A stretch of 17,515 nucleotides of DNA from Oligoflexales bacterium (GTDB lineage Bacteria > Bdellovibrionota_B > Oligoflexia > Oligoflexales > RGVZ01), in contig JBIIGV010000063.1 in NCBI GenBank assembly GCA_044236265.1, positions 1 through 17,515 of the forward strand, written 5' to 3'. The notes beneath the pieces are model-generated. The model was not told the origin of the DNA and made no database searches. It was given only the letters and a program-made list of their open reading frames with translations. Below are positions 17,264 to 17,515 of this stretch, in pieces. Every line of letters begins with the position of its first letter. The first letter of the stretch is position 1. The translations under genes were made by a program, and so were the position numbers.

Positions 17264-17515
17264 TTACTGCGGAGTCACAGATGTGCCCATGGTTTTGCTG
17301 AGGCGTGGCATCGTCTGCTCCGGAACAGTTCCAGTCAATGATACCAAGAAATTATAAATGTCTTCTACTTCGTTTGCAGAAAGATTTTTATTTAGCTGGG
17401 TTTTTGCCATCACGCGAATAGCTTCCTGCAATGTCAGAACTTTTCCATTATGAAAGTAAGGAGCTGTCGTTGCGACATTGCGCAGCGTTGGAACGCGGAA
17501 CATGTGAGCATCCGC
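17264..17515 (-). CDS. Di-heme cytochrome c peroxidase (CcpA/MauG family), C-terminal fragment, 5'-truncated by the window edge
   Basis: The frame is open from 17515: [41 protein letters not shown]...FLVSLTG. FxVPTLRNV..TAPYFH.G and FL.SLTG are the bacterial CCP C-terminal signature. The CxxCH motifs lie outside the window. Confidence 0.88.
   Translation of the reverse strand, partial: ADAHMFRVPTLRNVATTAPYFHNGKVLTLQEAIRVMAKTQLNKNLSANEVEDIYNFLVSLTGTVPEQTMPRLSKTMGTSVTPQ

Overview
Core-genome bacterial window, about 50% GC by eye. Gene content and order (ppiD divergent from mreB-mreC-mreD-mrdA-rodA, hemJ, MreB N-terminus '[19 protein letters not shown]') suggest a diderm of the former Deltaproteobacteria, possibly Bdellovibrionota; this placement is inference. 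The minus-strand block on the left reads ppiD, terminator, secreted alpha/beta hydrolase, NAD(H) kinase, leuS, hemJ and a class I fumarate hydratase. The fumarase runs off the left edge and is missing from the ORF track. The plus-strand block is the elongasome operon, followed 20 bp later by an LtaS/alkaline-phosphatase-superfamily membrane enzyme. On the right, an MFS transporter and the C-terminus of a cytochrome c peroxidase converge on that operon. I found no mobile element, CRISPR array, tRNA, rRNA or defence system. The best candidates for something new are: (i) an LtaS-like transferase with a Ser nucleophile and altered headgroup pocket attached to the rod-shape operon; (ii) a 24-bp operator-like palindrome and degenerate repeats upstream of mreB; (iii) a Cys3His Zn-site signature in PBP2; (iv) an NAD kinase resembling the eukaryotic NADK2/NADK3 type. 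All protein comparisons are from recalled family motifs, not database searches.
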